From positions 2,368,001 through 2,432,000 of the forward strand of contig OZ224045.1 in NCBI GenBank assembly GCA_963665325.3: a stretch of 64,000 nucleotides of DNA. Direction: 5' to 3'. This document shows, piece after piece, positions 39,883 to 50,400 of this stretch; the stretch's first letter is position 1; every line of letters starts with the position of its first letter. The notes below the pieces were generated by a model. It did not search any database. It was given only the letters and a program-made list of their open reading frames with translations, and was not told the DNA's origin. A program made the position numbers and the translations under genes. The stretch comes from Alphaproteobacteria bacterium. GTDB lineage: Bacteria; Pseudomonadota; Alphaproteobacteria; Bin95.

Positions 39883-41394
39883 TTGGAATCCTTCCTGCCC
39901 GTTCTCGAATCTGCCTTCGCGCCGGGCAATCTCGCCTGGATCCTGTTCGGCGTCACGCTCGGCTACCTGGTGGGCGCATTGCCGGGCCTCGGCAAGGGCA
40001 CGGCGACGGCCGTCGCCATCCCGCTCACCTTCTACCTCTCGCCGCTCGCAGCCATCGCCTTCCTCGTCGGCATTGCGAAGGGGTCCACCGCCGGCAGCGC
40101 CGTTTCGGCGATCCTGCTGAACACGCCGGGCGAGCCTTCCTCGACGCCGACAGCCATGGCCGGATACCCGCTCGCCCGCGCCGGCAAGGCGCAGAAGGCG
40201 CTGAAGATGGGCCTGTTCGCCTCCGTCATCGGCGACCTGTTCTCGACGATAGTGCTGATCCTGGTCGCGCAGGAACTTGCCGAATATGCGCTCGGCATTG
40301 GCCCGGTGGAGCTGACCGGCATACTCGCCTTCTCTATGGTGTTCATCGCCGGCCTGTCGGGGCGATCGATGATAAAGGGCCTGATCGCGGGGCTGTTCGG
40401 CATTCTCGTCTCCTGTATCGGCCTTGAGGTGGAAACCGGGTCGCCGCGCCTGACCTTCGGCATGATCGAGGTCTATGACGGCCTGCCGCTGATCCCGGTC
40501 GCCATCGGCATGCTGGCGCTCTCGGAAATGATGATCCAGATCGGCCAACGCCAGCGGCTCCAGGAGGAGGCCGACCTGCTCAGGGGCTCCGGCATACGCG
40601 AGGACCGGATCGTCACGCTCGGCGACTGGCGGCGCTCCGCGAGAGCGATATTGCGCGGCTGCCTGATCGGCACCGGGGTCGGCATCCTGCCGGGCCTCGG
40701 CGCGAGCGTCGGCTCGTTCCTTTCCTACGGGGCGGAGCGCAAGGCCTCCGGGCGCGGCGCCGACTTCGAGGAAACCGGAGCCATCGAAGGCGTGGCGGCG
40801 GCGGAGAGCGCCGACAATGCCGTCGTGCCGGCCTCTTTCGTGCCGCTCTTCGCCATCGGCATTCCCGGCAGCGTCATCGCCGCCATCCTCATCGGGGCCT
40901 TCACGATCCAGGGCATCACGCCCGGACCGCTGCTGTTCCTGGAGAACCGCGACCTGATTCTCGGCGTCTATATGTCGATGATCGCGGCAAGCCTGTTCCT
41001 GCTGCTGATCGGCTATTTCGGGCAGAACGTCTTTGCGAGGATCGTTCGTATTTCCCCGGCATTGGTGATGCCGGTCGTGGTGTTTCTGTGCTGTTTAGGC
41101 GCCTATCTCCAGGGCGGCGGGGCTTTCGGTATCGGCGTCATGGTGGTGTTCGGAGTCATCGGCTTCTTCGCCAAGAAATACGACTTTTCGTTCGTCACTT
41201 TCCTGATCGGGTTCGTGATCGGGCCGTCGTTCGAACTATCGCTGCGCCAGACGCTGGGCCTCGTCACCGATGTTTCCGAACTTCTCGACCACCCGGTCGC
41301 GCTCGCTTTCGGCGCATTGGCCGTGTTCGGCGTGTGGAGGCTGACCGTGTTGCAGCGCCGCCAGCACGAAGCTATGGTTCGAGATCAACCTTAG
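39883..41394 (+). CDS. tctA: Tripartite tricarboxylate transporter TctA
   Basis: GALPGLG, ILLNTPG, GILPGLG, AAAESADNA, GIPGS. Confidence 0.92.
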   Translation: MESFLPVLESAFAPGNLAWILFGVTLGYLVGALPGLGKGTATAVAIPLTFYLSPLAAIAFLVGIAKGSTAGSAVSAILLNTPGEPSSTPTAMAGYPLARAGKAQKALKMGLFASVIGDLFSTIVLILVAQELAEYALGIGPVELTGILAFSMVFIAGLSGRSMIKGLIAGLFGILVSCIGLEVETGSPRLTFGMIEVYDGLPLIPVAIGMLALSEMMIQIGQRQRLQEEADLLRGSGIREDRIVTLGDWRRSARAILRGCLIGTGVGILPGLGASVGSFLSYGAERKASGRGADFEETGAIEGVAAAESADNAVVPASFVPLFAIGIPGSVIAAILIGAFTIQGITPGPLLFLENRDLILGVYMSMIAASLFLLLIGYFGQNVFARIVRISPALVMPVVVFLCCLGAYLQGGGAFGIGVMVVFGVIGFFAKKYDFSFVTFLIGFVIGPSFELSLRQTLGLVTDVSELLDHPVALAFGALAVFGVWRLTVLQRRQHEAMVRDQP

Positions 41395-41444
41395 AAGAGC
41401 GTGGAATAGCGTTCGCAGCGGGCGTTGTTGTCGGGAGGGACAAG

Positions 41445-42395
41445 ATGAGAGCACTTTCGAAGGGAATTTTCGCGGCCTTGTTTGCGCTTTGCGCCGCGTT
41501 GCCGGCGTCGGCGACCGATTGGCCGACGGGCCCGGTTACCATGCTGATCGGCTACAAGGCCGGCGGCGGCACGGACACCAAGGGCCGCGTGCTCGCGAAG
41601 ATCCTGACGCGCGAACTCGGCCAGCAGGTGAATGTCATCAACCGGGCAGGCGGCGGCCAGGCAGTCGCGCTCGAGGGCTTCAAGAACGAGGAGCCCAATG
41701 GCGACATGTTCTTCTTCGGCGCCGTGTCGGGCATAACGCTCAATCCGCAGATCAACTCGGCGCTGCAGTTCAGGGCCGACGACTATGTGTACGCCGGTGG
41801 GTTGACCGAATTCCAGGTGACCATGGTTGCGCCTGCAGACGCGCCGTTCGACGATATGGCCGGCTTCGTCGCCTACGCGAAAGAGAAAGGCAAGATCAAA
41901 TATGCTTCTCTCAGCCCGGGTGCGAAGATCGTCATGCAGGCCATCGCGCGCCAGTCGGGCCTCGAGGTGGACTATATCCCGACCAAGGGCGGGCGCGGCA
42001 TGGTGCAACTCGTGCTTTCCGGCCAGGTCGATTTCGCCTATTCCGGCGGCATCCACGCGCGCTATCCGGGCAAGTTCAAGACCATCGCCGCCGTCTCGAC
42101 CAAGCGCCTCGGCAACTACCCCGACACCGAAACGCTGATCGAAGCGGGCTATGAGGGCGTCGCCATCGATGCTCCGACCGTCGTCGCCTTCCCCAAGGGA
42201 ATCGACCCGGCCATCGTCGCCAAGATGGAGGCGGCGCTGAAAGTCGCGTCCACCGACCCCGACATGATGAAGATTTCGAAGTCGATCAACATGCCGATCG
42301 TTTACCAGACGGCCGCCGAGGCATCGCAGCTTGTCGAGGACTCCGCCGCCGCAATCGCCGTCATGCTGGACACTATCGGCTACAAGGCAAGCTGA
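41445..42395 (+). CDS. tctC: Tripartite tricarboxylate transporter substrate-binding protein TctC
   Basis: Signal peptide, WPTGPV..AGGGTD, NRAGGG, PTKGG. Confidence 0.88.
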   Translation: MRALSKGIFAALFALCAALPASATDWPTGPVTMLIGYKAGGGTDTKGRVLAKILTRELGQQVNVINRAGGGQAVALEGFKNEEPNGDMFFFGAVSGITLNPQINSALQFRADDYVYAGGLTEFQVTMVAPADAPFDDMAGFVAYAKEKGKIKYASLSPGAKIVMQAIARQSGLEVDYIPTKGGRGMVQLVLSGQVDFAYSGGIHARYPGKFKTIAAVSTKRLGNYPDTETLIEAGYEGVAIDAPTVVAFPKGIDPAIVAKMEAALKVASTDPDMMKISKSINMPIVYQTAAEASQLVEDSAAAIAVMLDTIGYKAS

Positions 42396-42414
42396 CACGA
42401 GGAGACCGGCAACC

Positions 42415-43239
42415 ATGACTTACGAGACCATAGAAGTCCGTCCGCTGACTCCGACCGTCGGCGCAGAAATCCACGGCGTCAACCTCGCCGAACCGATGGG
42501 GAACCACCAGTTCACCGAAGTCCACGATGCGCTGATGCGCCATGAGGTGATTTTCTTCCGTGAGCAGGAGATGACGCTGGATCAGCACAAGGATTTCGGC
42601 CGGCGGTTCGGGGAACTGCATATCCATCCCTTCCGGCCGGGTCCCGAGGGCCATCCTGAGATCCTCCGGATCCACACGGACGCCAATTCGACCCAGATCG
42701 CGGGCGAGGCCTGGCATTCGGACGTCTCCTGCGACCCCGAGCCGCCATTGGGATCGATCCTGCATCTGCACACCGTGCCGGAAGAGGGCGGCGACACGCT
42801 GTTCGCCAGCATGGCGGCGGCCTATGACGCGCTGTCGGAGCCGATGAAGGAGTTCCTCGGCGGGCTGACCGCCATTCACGACGGCACGCGGAACTATCGC
42901 GACCGCAGCGCGCGTGACGGCAGGGAAGACACCAAGGTCTATCCGCGCGCCGAGCATCCGGTGATCCGCACCCACCCGGTGACCGGCAGGAAGACGATCT
43001 TCGTCAATCCCGTGTTCACAGAGCGGCTGAAGGACATGCCGCGCGACGAGTCGGACGCGATTCTGGGGTTCCTCTATCGGCACAACGCCAAGTCGAAGTT
43101 CCAGGCGCGGTTCCGCTGGCAGGCGAACTCTGTGGCCTTCTGGGACAACCGCAGCGTCCAGCATCTGGCGATGTGGGACTACTATCCAAATGTGCGGTCC
43201 GGCAACCGGGTGACGATCCAGGGCGACCGCCCGTTCTGA
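42415..43239 (+). CDS. Taurine dioxygenase-like TauD protein
   Basis: FGELHIHP, WHSDVS, GGDTLFA, HPVIRTHP, FWDNRSVQH. Confidence 0.92.
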   Translation: MTYETIEVRPLTPTVGAEIHGVNLAEPMGNHQFTEVHDALMRHEVIFFREQEMTLDQHKDFGRRFGELHIHPFRPGPEGHPEILRIHTDANSTQIAGEAWHSDVSCDPEPPLGSILHLHTVPEEGGDTLFASMAAAYDALSEPMKEFLGGLTAIHDGTRNYRDRSARDGREDTKVYPRAEHPVIRTHPVTGRKTIFVNPVFTERLKDMPRDESDAILGFLYRHNAKSKFQARFRWQANSVAFWDNRSVQHLAMWDYYPNVRSGNRVTIQGDRPF

Positions 43240-43260
43240 CCGGAAAGGGCGCCCCGGCAA

Positions 43261-43335
43261 TGGCTGGGGCGCCTGGATTCGAACCAGGGATCGCGGGATC
43301 AAAACCCGCTGCCTTAACCACTTGGCTACGCCCCA
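43261..43335 (-). tRNA. tRNA-Gln (TTG)
   Basis: TGGGGCGTAGCCAAGTGGTTAAGGCAGCGGGT-TTTGAT-CCCGCGATCCCTGGTTCGAATCCAGGCGCCCCAGCCA; cloverleaf with encoded CCA. Confidence 0.96.
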
Positions 43336-43423
43336 CCGCAGTGCCGCCCTTATAGCGCCGGCCGCCGGGACCGCAACTGTCACGGGCGTGCGGGACAGGG
43401 CGGCTGGGAGGAAGGAGGCAACG

Positions 43424-44221
43424 GTGCTGACGGATGCCGAGATCGAAGCCTATCGCCGCGACGGCTATGTCGTGCCGGCCGGCTTCCGCCTCGATGACAA
43501 TGAGATCGAGACCCTGCAATCCGCTGTCGAGCGGGTGCTGAGCGACAATCCGGATGCCGAGCCCGACCGGATCATCAACCCGCATCTGGATCGGGGCCGC
43601 CCCTATCGGCTGCGCGGCAGCCGCGCCTTCCATGCCATCGTGCATGACGGCCGGATCCTCGATATGGCCGAGGCGGTCATGGGTCCCGACCTCGTGCTGC
43701 TGTTCACGCATCTCTTCTGCAAGACGCCCCGGAGCCGGCGTGTCGTTCCGTGGCACCAGGACGGCCCTTTCTGGCCGGTCGAGCCGATGGCCTCCTGCAC
43801 GGTCTGGCTGGCGCTCGACAAGGTCGATGCCGGCAATGGTGCGATGCGGGTGATTCCCGGCTCGCACCGCGAGCCGTACCGCCGCCACGAGCTGGTGGAC
43901 GATCCCGACTCGACCCTGAACCGGGAAATACCGCGCCCGGATATCGACGAGAGCGCGGCGCACACGATCGAGCTGGAACCGGGACAGGTATCGGTCCACG
44001 ATATCGGCATCGTCCACGGATCGGCTGCCAATACCTCCGGGCGCCGCCGCGCGGGGTTCGCCATGCGCTACATGCCGGCGACGAGTTGCGTCCACCGCCG
44101 GATCGAGAACGCCGCGGCGGATTGGGGAGACCTGCCGGTGGAACTGGTGCGCGGCCGGAACCGGCACCCGGGCACCGACTTTTCGCTGGGCGATTTCGGC
44201 GAGCCTTGGCCGGCGGGGTGA
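43424..44221 (+). CDS. Phytanoyl-CoA dioxygenase (PhyH) family
   Basis: YRRDGY, PWHQDG, VWLALD, NGAMRVIPGSH, VHGS; GTG start after AAGGAGG. Confidence 0.9.
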   Translation: MLTDAEIEAYRRDGYVVPAGFRLDDNEIETLQSAVERVLSDNPDAEPDRIINPHLDRGRPYRLRGSRAFHAIVHDGRILDMAEAVMGPDLVLLFTHLFCKTPRSRRVVPWHQDGPFWPVEPMASCTVWLALDKVDAGNGAMRVIPGSHREPYRRHELVDDPDSTLNREIPRPDIDESAAHTIELEPGQVSVHDIGIVHGSAANTSGRRRAGFAMRYMPATSCVHRRIENAAADWGDLPVELVRGRNRHPGTDFSLGDFGEPWPAG

Positions 44222-44480
44222 GGCGCGCCGCCGGCAGCCTGCGAACGGCGCCCGCCATATTCGGAGCATCGCTACGGAAGCGGTACGGCAGAGTGCGGTG
44301 CGGTTGGAGAAACCGGCCTCGGTAGGGGGTCGGAAACTCAATTCCTGGCCTGCGGAAGGGGCGCATGGGAGAAACGGGCGGAAAAGGCAGGCTGCGGCAC
44401 AGGCCCACTCCACCCGACTGTCTCTCCGGGGTGGCCTCCTTGGGCCGGACAGATTCATGCGGCGTTCCTGACCGGGTTCC

Positions 44481-46103
44481 ATGAAATACGGTTCATTGTC
44501 CTGCGATTATCTGGTCGTCGGGTCCGGCGCAGCGGGCGCCGTGGTCGCCGCACGGCTTTCGGAGGACCCGGACGTTTCGGTCATGCTGCTCGAGGCAGGC
44601 GGGCGCAACGACAGCCTGCTCCTGCGCCTCCCCGGCCTCGGGTTCGCCGCTGCGAACCATCCCAAGTTCAACTGGAGCTTCAGGGCCGACCCGGTTCCCG
44701 GGATGGAGAACCGCGAACTCACCTGGCTCCAGGGACGGGTGCTGGGCGGTTCGAGCAGCATCAACGGCATGATCTACACGCGGGGCCATTCCCGTGAATA
44801 CGACATCTGGCGCCAGATGGGCTGCGCCGGCTGGGCGTTCGAGGACCTGCTTCCCTATTTCAGGCGCTCGGAAGCGAACGAGCGCGGCGACGGGCCGTGG
44901 CACGGCGGGGCAGGCCCCGTGCGGGTGCGGCGCGCCCGGCCCGGCCTGCCGATCTGCGAAGCGTTTCTCGGGGCGGCGGCAGAGGATGGGTTCCCGGTCC
45001 TCGACGATCTCAACGCCGACGCGGGGGAGGGGTTCGCCTTCTATGACATCAATGCCGGCGGCGGGCGGCGCATGAGTACGGCGACGGCCTATCTCGAGCC
45101 CGCAGCATCGCGGCAGAATCTCGACATCCGCACCGGCGCCACTGCGTTGCGGGTCGTCATCGACGGGGGGCGGGCGTCCGGCGTCGAGGCTCTCATCGGC
45201 GGCAGGCAGGTCTGCATCTCGGCCCGGCGGGAGGTCGTCCTTTCCGCCGGCGCGATCAAGACACCGCAGTTGCTGATGCTATCCGGCATCGGTCCGGCGG
45301 ATGTTCTTTCGTTGCACGGCATTCCGGTTGTCCAGGACGCGCCGAATGTCGGCCGCAACCTGCAGAACCATGCCTGCTATCGGCTGCAATATCTCTGCAA
45401 TGCGCCCGTATCGGCGAGCCGGCATCTCCGCCCGCACAACGCCGTAGGGGCGGCGCTGCGTTACGCGCTGTTCCGGACCGGCCCGCTCGCGGAGACCTAT
45501 GCCGTCGCCGGCGGCTATTTCCGGACCGACCCGGCGCTCGAAGTCCCGGATGCGCAGGTCGTGCTGCTCTCTGCGCTCGGGCCCGCAAGGACCGGCGGCG
45601 CCACCTTCCGTATCCGGGACCTGATCCCCGACCGGCACGGTTTCGGCCTGACGGTCTATCAGGGTTCTCCCCGCAGCAGGGGCGCCGTATCGCTGCGCTC
45701 GGCGGACCCGCTCGACCGGCCGCGGATCGAGGCGGGCTATTTTTCCGACCCCCGCGACATGGAAGTCCTGGTCAAGGCCGTGAAGCGGATGCGGGGCATG
45801 ATGCGGCGCCCTGCAATCGCGAAATATATTGACCGGGAGTTGTTGCCGGGCGAGGCCGTCGCGGACGACCGCAGCCTGGAAGCGGACGTTCGGCGCAACG
45901 GCGCAACCGCCTACCACCAGTGTGGAACATGCGCGATGGGGCCAAGAGAGGATTCCGTCGTGGACTCCGAACTCCGGGTGCGCGGCGTCGAGGGCTTGAG
46001 AATCGCGGACACGTCGATCATCCCGCGAATTCCGAATGCGGCGCTGCATGCGCCCGCGATCATGATCGGGGAAAAGGCGGCAGCGCTCGCCAAGGGGGAA
46101 TAG
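44481..46103 (+). CDS. GMC oxidoreductase (choline dehydrogenase-like)
   Basis: VVGSGAAG, GRVLGGSSSINGM, SAGAIKTPQLLMLSGIG, YHQCGTCAMG. Confidence 0.92.
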   Translation: MKYGSLSCDYLVVGSGAAGAVVAARLSEDPDVSVMLLEAGGRNDSLLLRLPGLGFAAANHPKFNWSFRADPVPGMENRELTWLQGRVLGGSSSINGMIYTRGHSREYDIWRQMGCAGWAFEDLLPYFRRSEANERGDGPWHGGAGPVRVRRARPGLPICEAFLGAAAEDGFPVLDDLNADAGEGFAFYDINAGGGRRMSTATAYLEPAASRQNLDIRTGATALRVVIDGGRASGVEALIGGRQVCISARREVVLSAGAIKTPQLLMLSGIGPADVLSLHGIPVVQDAPNVGRNLQNHACYRLQYLCNAPVSASRHLRPHNAVGAALRYALFRTGPLAETYAVAGGYFRTDPALEVPDAQVVLLSALGPARTGGATFRIRDLIPDRHGFGLTVYQGSPRSRGAVSLRSADPLDRPRIEAGYFSDPRDMEVLVKAVKRMRGMMRRPAIAKYIDRELLPGEAVADDRSLEADVRRNGATAYHQCGTCAMGPREDSVVDSELRVRGVEGLRIADTSIIPRIPNAALHAPAIMIGEKAAALAKGE

Positions 46104-46148
46104 CCGACATGAACGAACCGATACTCGAACCGGACCTGCCTCCGCCTC

Positions 46149-47462
46149 CTACGCGCCGACCAGATTTCCCCTGAGCGTCGTCGCCTCATATTCCCGGCGG
46201 AAGATGCCGCGCTGCTGGAGGATAGGAACCACACGGTCCACGAAATCCTCATAGCCGCCGGGCACGACCGCCGGGGTGACGTTGAAGCCGTGGCAGCCGG
46301 TCTCCCGCCAGATCGCCTCCAGCTCGTCCGCGACGTCCTCCGGCGTCCCCAGGAGCTGAGGAATGAGTCCCGCCAGGCCGGAAAGTCGGACGGCCTCGCG
46401 AAGGGAAATCCGCTCGTCTCCGAACATGCTCGACATCGCCTTGACGAGCCCTTGCGACGCCTGCGTGTCGACTTTCCGGAGCGGCCTGTCGATATCCACG
46501 GTCGCGAGATCGACGCCGAAGGTGCCGGATATGCGCGTCAGCGCCGCGTCGATGGGAATGCGCGCCAGCATCCCGTCCCTGCGCCGGACGGCTTCCTCAC
46601 GGCTGTCGGCGACGAACGGCTGGACCGCGAAGGTGACTTTCGGCTCGCGGGGGCCGCCGAGTTCGCGGGCCGTAGTGCGGATCTGCGTCATGAAAGCTTT
46701 CATGCGCTTCAGGTCCGGCTGGATGGAAAAGATGACATCGGCATGGGTGACTGCGAATTGTTGCCCCCGCCCCGAGGATCCGGCCTGGAAGAGCACTGGC
46801 CGCGCCTGCGGGGAAGGCAGAACCGAAGGCGTAGCGCGGCAACGGAAATACCGCCCGTCATGCGCGATCTTCCGAATCCTGGAAGGGTCCGCCAGCACGC
46901 CGGCCGACCTGTCCGCCAAAACGGCGTCCGGCGGAATGCCCTGCCAGAGCTTGTAGCAGACCTCCATATACTCGTCGGCCCGGTCGTAGCGCTCGTCATG
47001 GTCCATCACGTCGAGCCCGAGCGCCCGGTGCTCGGACCTCGCATTGCCGGTGACGATGTTCCACCCGACCCGACCGCCGGTCAGGTAGTCGAGGCTGGAG
47101 AGGGACCTTACGGTCAGGAACGGGTGCTGGCTCGCGACGGAGACGGTGGCCGCAATGCCGAGATGGCGGGTCGCCGCTCCCATGACACCGATCAGCGCAA
47201 CCGGATCGTGCGCCGGCCAGCTTACGCCGTGCCGGACGGCGACATCGGTCGTGTCCTTGTAGAAATCGTAAACGGCGGGCACGTCGGCGAAGAACAGGCC
47301 GTCGAACCGGCCGCGCTCCATCGTCCGGGCGAGGTCCTGCCAGTGCTCCATCGATCCGAAGCCGTCGATCTGCCGGTCTTCGGGGTCGGCCCAGCTGAGC
47401 GTCATGTGGTTGATGGGCGTGTACATCATGAAGCCCAGCAGATGCATTCTGTCTGCCGCCAT
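46149..47462 (-). CDS. NtaA/DmoA-family FMN-dependent monooxygenase
   Basis: FFAD, GRVGWNIVT, RYDRADEY, PVLFQAGSSGRG. Confidence 0.9.
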   Translation of the reverse strand: MAADRMHLLGFMMYTPINHMTLSWADPEDRQIDGFGSMEHWQDLARTMERGRFDGLFFADVPAVYDFYKDTTDVAVRHGVSWPAHDPVALIGVMGAATRHLGIAATVSVASQHPFLTVRSLSSLDYLTGGRVGWNIVTGNARSEHRALGLDVMDHDERYDRADEYMEVCYKLWQGIPPDAVLADRSAGVLADPSRIRKIAHDGRYFRCRATPSVLPSPQARPVLFQAGSSGRGQQFAVTHADVIFSIQPDLKRMKAFMTQIRTTARELGGPREPKVTFAVQPFVADSREEAVRRRDGMLARIPIDAALTRISGTFGVDLATVDIDRPLRKVDTQASQGLVKAMSSMFGDERISLREAVRLSGLAGLIPQLLGTPEDVADELEAIWRETGCHGFNVTPAVVPGGYEDFVDRVVPILQQRGIFRREYEATTLRGNLVGA

Positions 47463-47481
47463 CGACCGAGCCTTCCAGGGC

Positions 47482-50400
47482 TTACCCGCCGGGCCTTCCG
47501 TAACCGCCGGCGCCGCTTGTGCGGATGCTCACCACGTCGCCGCGCTTCAGCGTGCGGATTTCCTTGGAGCCGAGCCGCTCCCCATTGCCGTCGGGATTGA
47601 GCACCGTCTCCCCGAGTGCGCCGGGCTCGCCGCCGAATACGCCATAGGGCCGGCTCTCATGCCGGTCGCCGAGCAGCGTCAGCACGCCTTCGCCGGCCAG
47701 AAGCTCGATATCCTTGCGCAAGCCGCTGCCGCCCTTGTGCCGGCCCGCGCCGCCCGTGCCGTCGAGCAGTTCCACCCGGTGTATCAGCACCGGCAGATTG
47801 GTCTCATGCACTTCCACCGGAATGTTGGAGCAGTTCATCACGGGGCTGAGGCCCTCGGGCCCGTCGCTGTCCGCCCGGCCGCCATAGCCCGCCAGGATCA
47901 GGTCATAGAAGACGTAGGGCTTGCCCGTGCGGTCATCGATCCCGCCGATATTGGGATTCGACCAGTGGCTGAAGGCGCCCATCGCACGCTCCGGCATGGC
48001 CTGCGCCATGGCGCCGTTGATGGTATCGAAAATACGGACCTGCAGCGCGGCCCGGCCTCCAGACGGGGCGGGGAACTTCGGATTGAAGAAACTGCCTTCC
48101 CGCGCCGCCAGCCTTATCGGTCGCATCGCGCCCGCATTCTGCGGGCTGAACGGGTCGCAGAACACCTTGACCGCGAAATATGTGTAGGCGCGTGTGTAGT
48201 TGATGTAGCTGTTGATGGCGGCCGGCACCTGGTCCGAGGAGCGGGAGAAATCGACCGTCACCTCCGCGCCCTCGGGCCCCTCGGCGAAGGTGATGTCCAC
48301 ACCGAAATGGATCGGCGCCGTGCCGGGGCCGTAATCGTCCATCTGATCGTCGAAGCTGTAGGTGCCCGGCGGCACGCTTGCCAGCGCGGCACGCATGCGG
48401 GCTTCGCTGCGGTCGAGAATGTCGTCGAAGGACTGCTCGACAACTGGCCGGCCGTGGTCTCTGAAGAGCTGCCGGAAGCGCTCAGCAGCGGTCAGGTTGG
48501 CGGTGTGCTGCGCCATCACGTCGCCGCGGACCTTCTCCGGCACGCGGGTGTTGGCAAGCACCATCGAAAGGATGTCGCGGTCGATCTGCCCCTCGCGGCA
48601 GAAGCGCACCGGCAGGATGCGGAAGCCCTCCTGGAACGATTCCGTCACGCCGTGGACTTTCTGCGAGCCCGGCGCGGCGCCGCCGACATCCATCTGGTGG
48701 GCCGACGCGGCGACATAGCCGAGCAGGTCGTTTCCCTCGAAGACCGGCATGACCTGGAAGAAATCCGGGAAATGGCCGGAGCCCATCCAGCTGTCGTTCA
48801 TCAGGATGCTGTCGCCGGGCTTCAGCGTCTCGGGCGGATAGGCCTCGGTCACATGCCGGATGACGAAGGGCATGGAGCCCAGATGGCCCGGTGAGAAATT
48901 GCCCTGCGCGATCATCCGGCCTTTTGCATCGAACACGGCGGTGGAGAAGTCGTCGCCTTCGCGCACCGCCTCGCTGAAGGCCGTGTGCCGCATGGTGGTG
49001 CCGAGTTCCTCGGCGATGGAGACGACGGAGTTCCAGATGACGGTGAAAGTGATGGGGTCGATCGACACCTCTACCGCCTTGGCGCCGCTGCACGGGCCGG
49101 CGGTGGTGGGTCTGGCCCGGTCTTCCGGTTCCTGTTCGGACGCCACCTGCTCGACGTCGATCAGCAGGTGGCCGCCCGGCCCAAGCCGTGCGCGGTCGCC
49201 CGGTGGGATGACGGTCGTCGCCTCGGCGTCCTCCACGATGGCCGGCCCTTCGATCAGGGTGTCTGGGCCGATGGCCTCGCGTCGCCAGATCGCCGTCTCC
49301 GTGATGCCGCCCGCTTCGGGGAACCAGGCTCGCCTCATGCCCGGCGGCTCGCCAATCGGCCGTGCATCGGCTTCTACGGCGGATACGTCCCGCGAGCCCG
49401 GAACCACGGCCGCCAGCGCCCAGTCCACGCCCTCGACCCCGCTTGCCGGGTCTTCCGTGCGGTAGCGGGCCTTGTAGGCGGCGCGGAACGCAGCCTCACA
49501 GGCGCCGATATAGCCTTCGCCGATCCTGCCCGCCGGCAGGTCCACGTGGATTTCGAAGCCCTGGCCGGTATGGCGCATATAGGCGAAGCGCCGGAACTCC
49601 GGCTCCGATGCTTCGGGCAGGCGGGCCAGATCTTCCGCCAGCCGCGCCTCAAGCTGTGCATAGATGGCGGCGATGTCCCCGGGCGCCGCCTCGTCCAGAC
49701 GTAGCAGGCGGGTGACGGATGCATCCAGCCGGCTCTCCGCGGCCAGCATGCCCACGGCCGAGCCGACGCCGGCGGCCCTTGGCACCACGACCTGCCGGAC
49801 GCCCAGCGACCGCGCGATCCGCGCCGCATGCAGCGGCCCGGCTCCGCCGAATGCCACGAGCGCGTATTTGCGGGGGTCGCGGCCGCGCTCCACCGAAACG
49901 ACGCGCAGCGCATGTTCCATATTGCCGGTCGCGACCAGATGGACGCCCCAGGCGGCCTCCGCTGTGGACAGGCTGAGCGGTCCGGCGACATGGCGGCGGA
50001 GCGCCGCCTCGGCCTGGGCCGGGTCGAGCGCCATCGCGCCGCCGTTGAAATAGGCGGGGTTGAGGTAGCCGAGGGTGAGGTTCGCGTCCGTCACCGTAGG
50101 CCGCAAGCCGCCGATGCCGTAGCAGGCGGGGCCGGGGTCCGCGCCCGCGCTTTCCGGCCCCACCCGGATGGCGCCGTCCACGGCCGCGGCGACGGAGCCG
50201 CCGCCCGCGCCGATCTCGATGAGCTCGACCGCCGGCACATTGATCGGCAGGCCGGAGCCCTTCTTGAACCTGACCGGATCGATCTCGAACACCGGCGCAA
50301 TCGCCGGCTCGCCTCCGTCGATGGCGCCGAGTTTTGCCGTGGTGCCGCCCATATCGAAGCTGAGCACGCCGTCCGCGCCGATGTCCCGGCCGATCCGCCC

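Noticed and set aside
43261-43335. tRNA-Gln as an island integration site
   Set aside because: No duplicated tRNA 3' end or integrase seen by eye.
44222-44480. Riboswitch or IS end in the intergenic region before the GMC gene
   Set aside because: GC hairpins are present but there is no recognisable consensus; an Rfam/ISfinder search would be needed.
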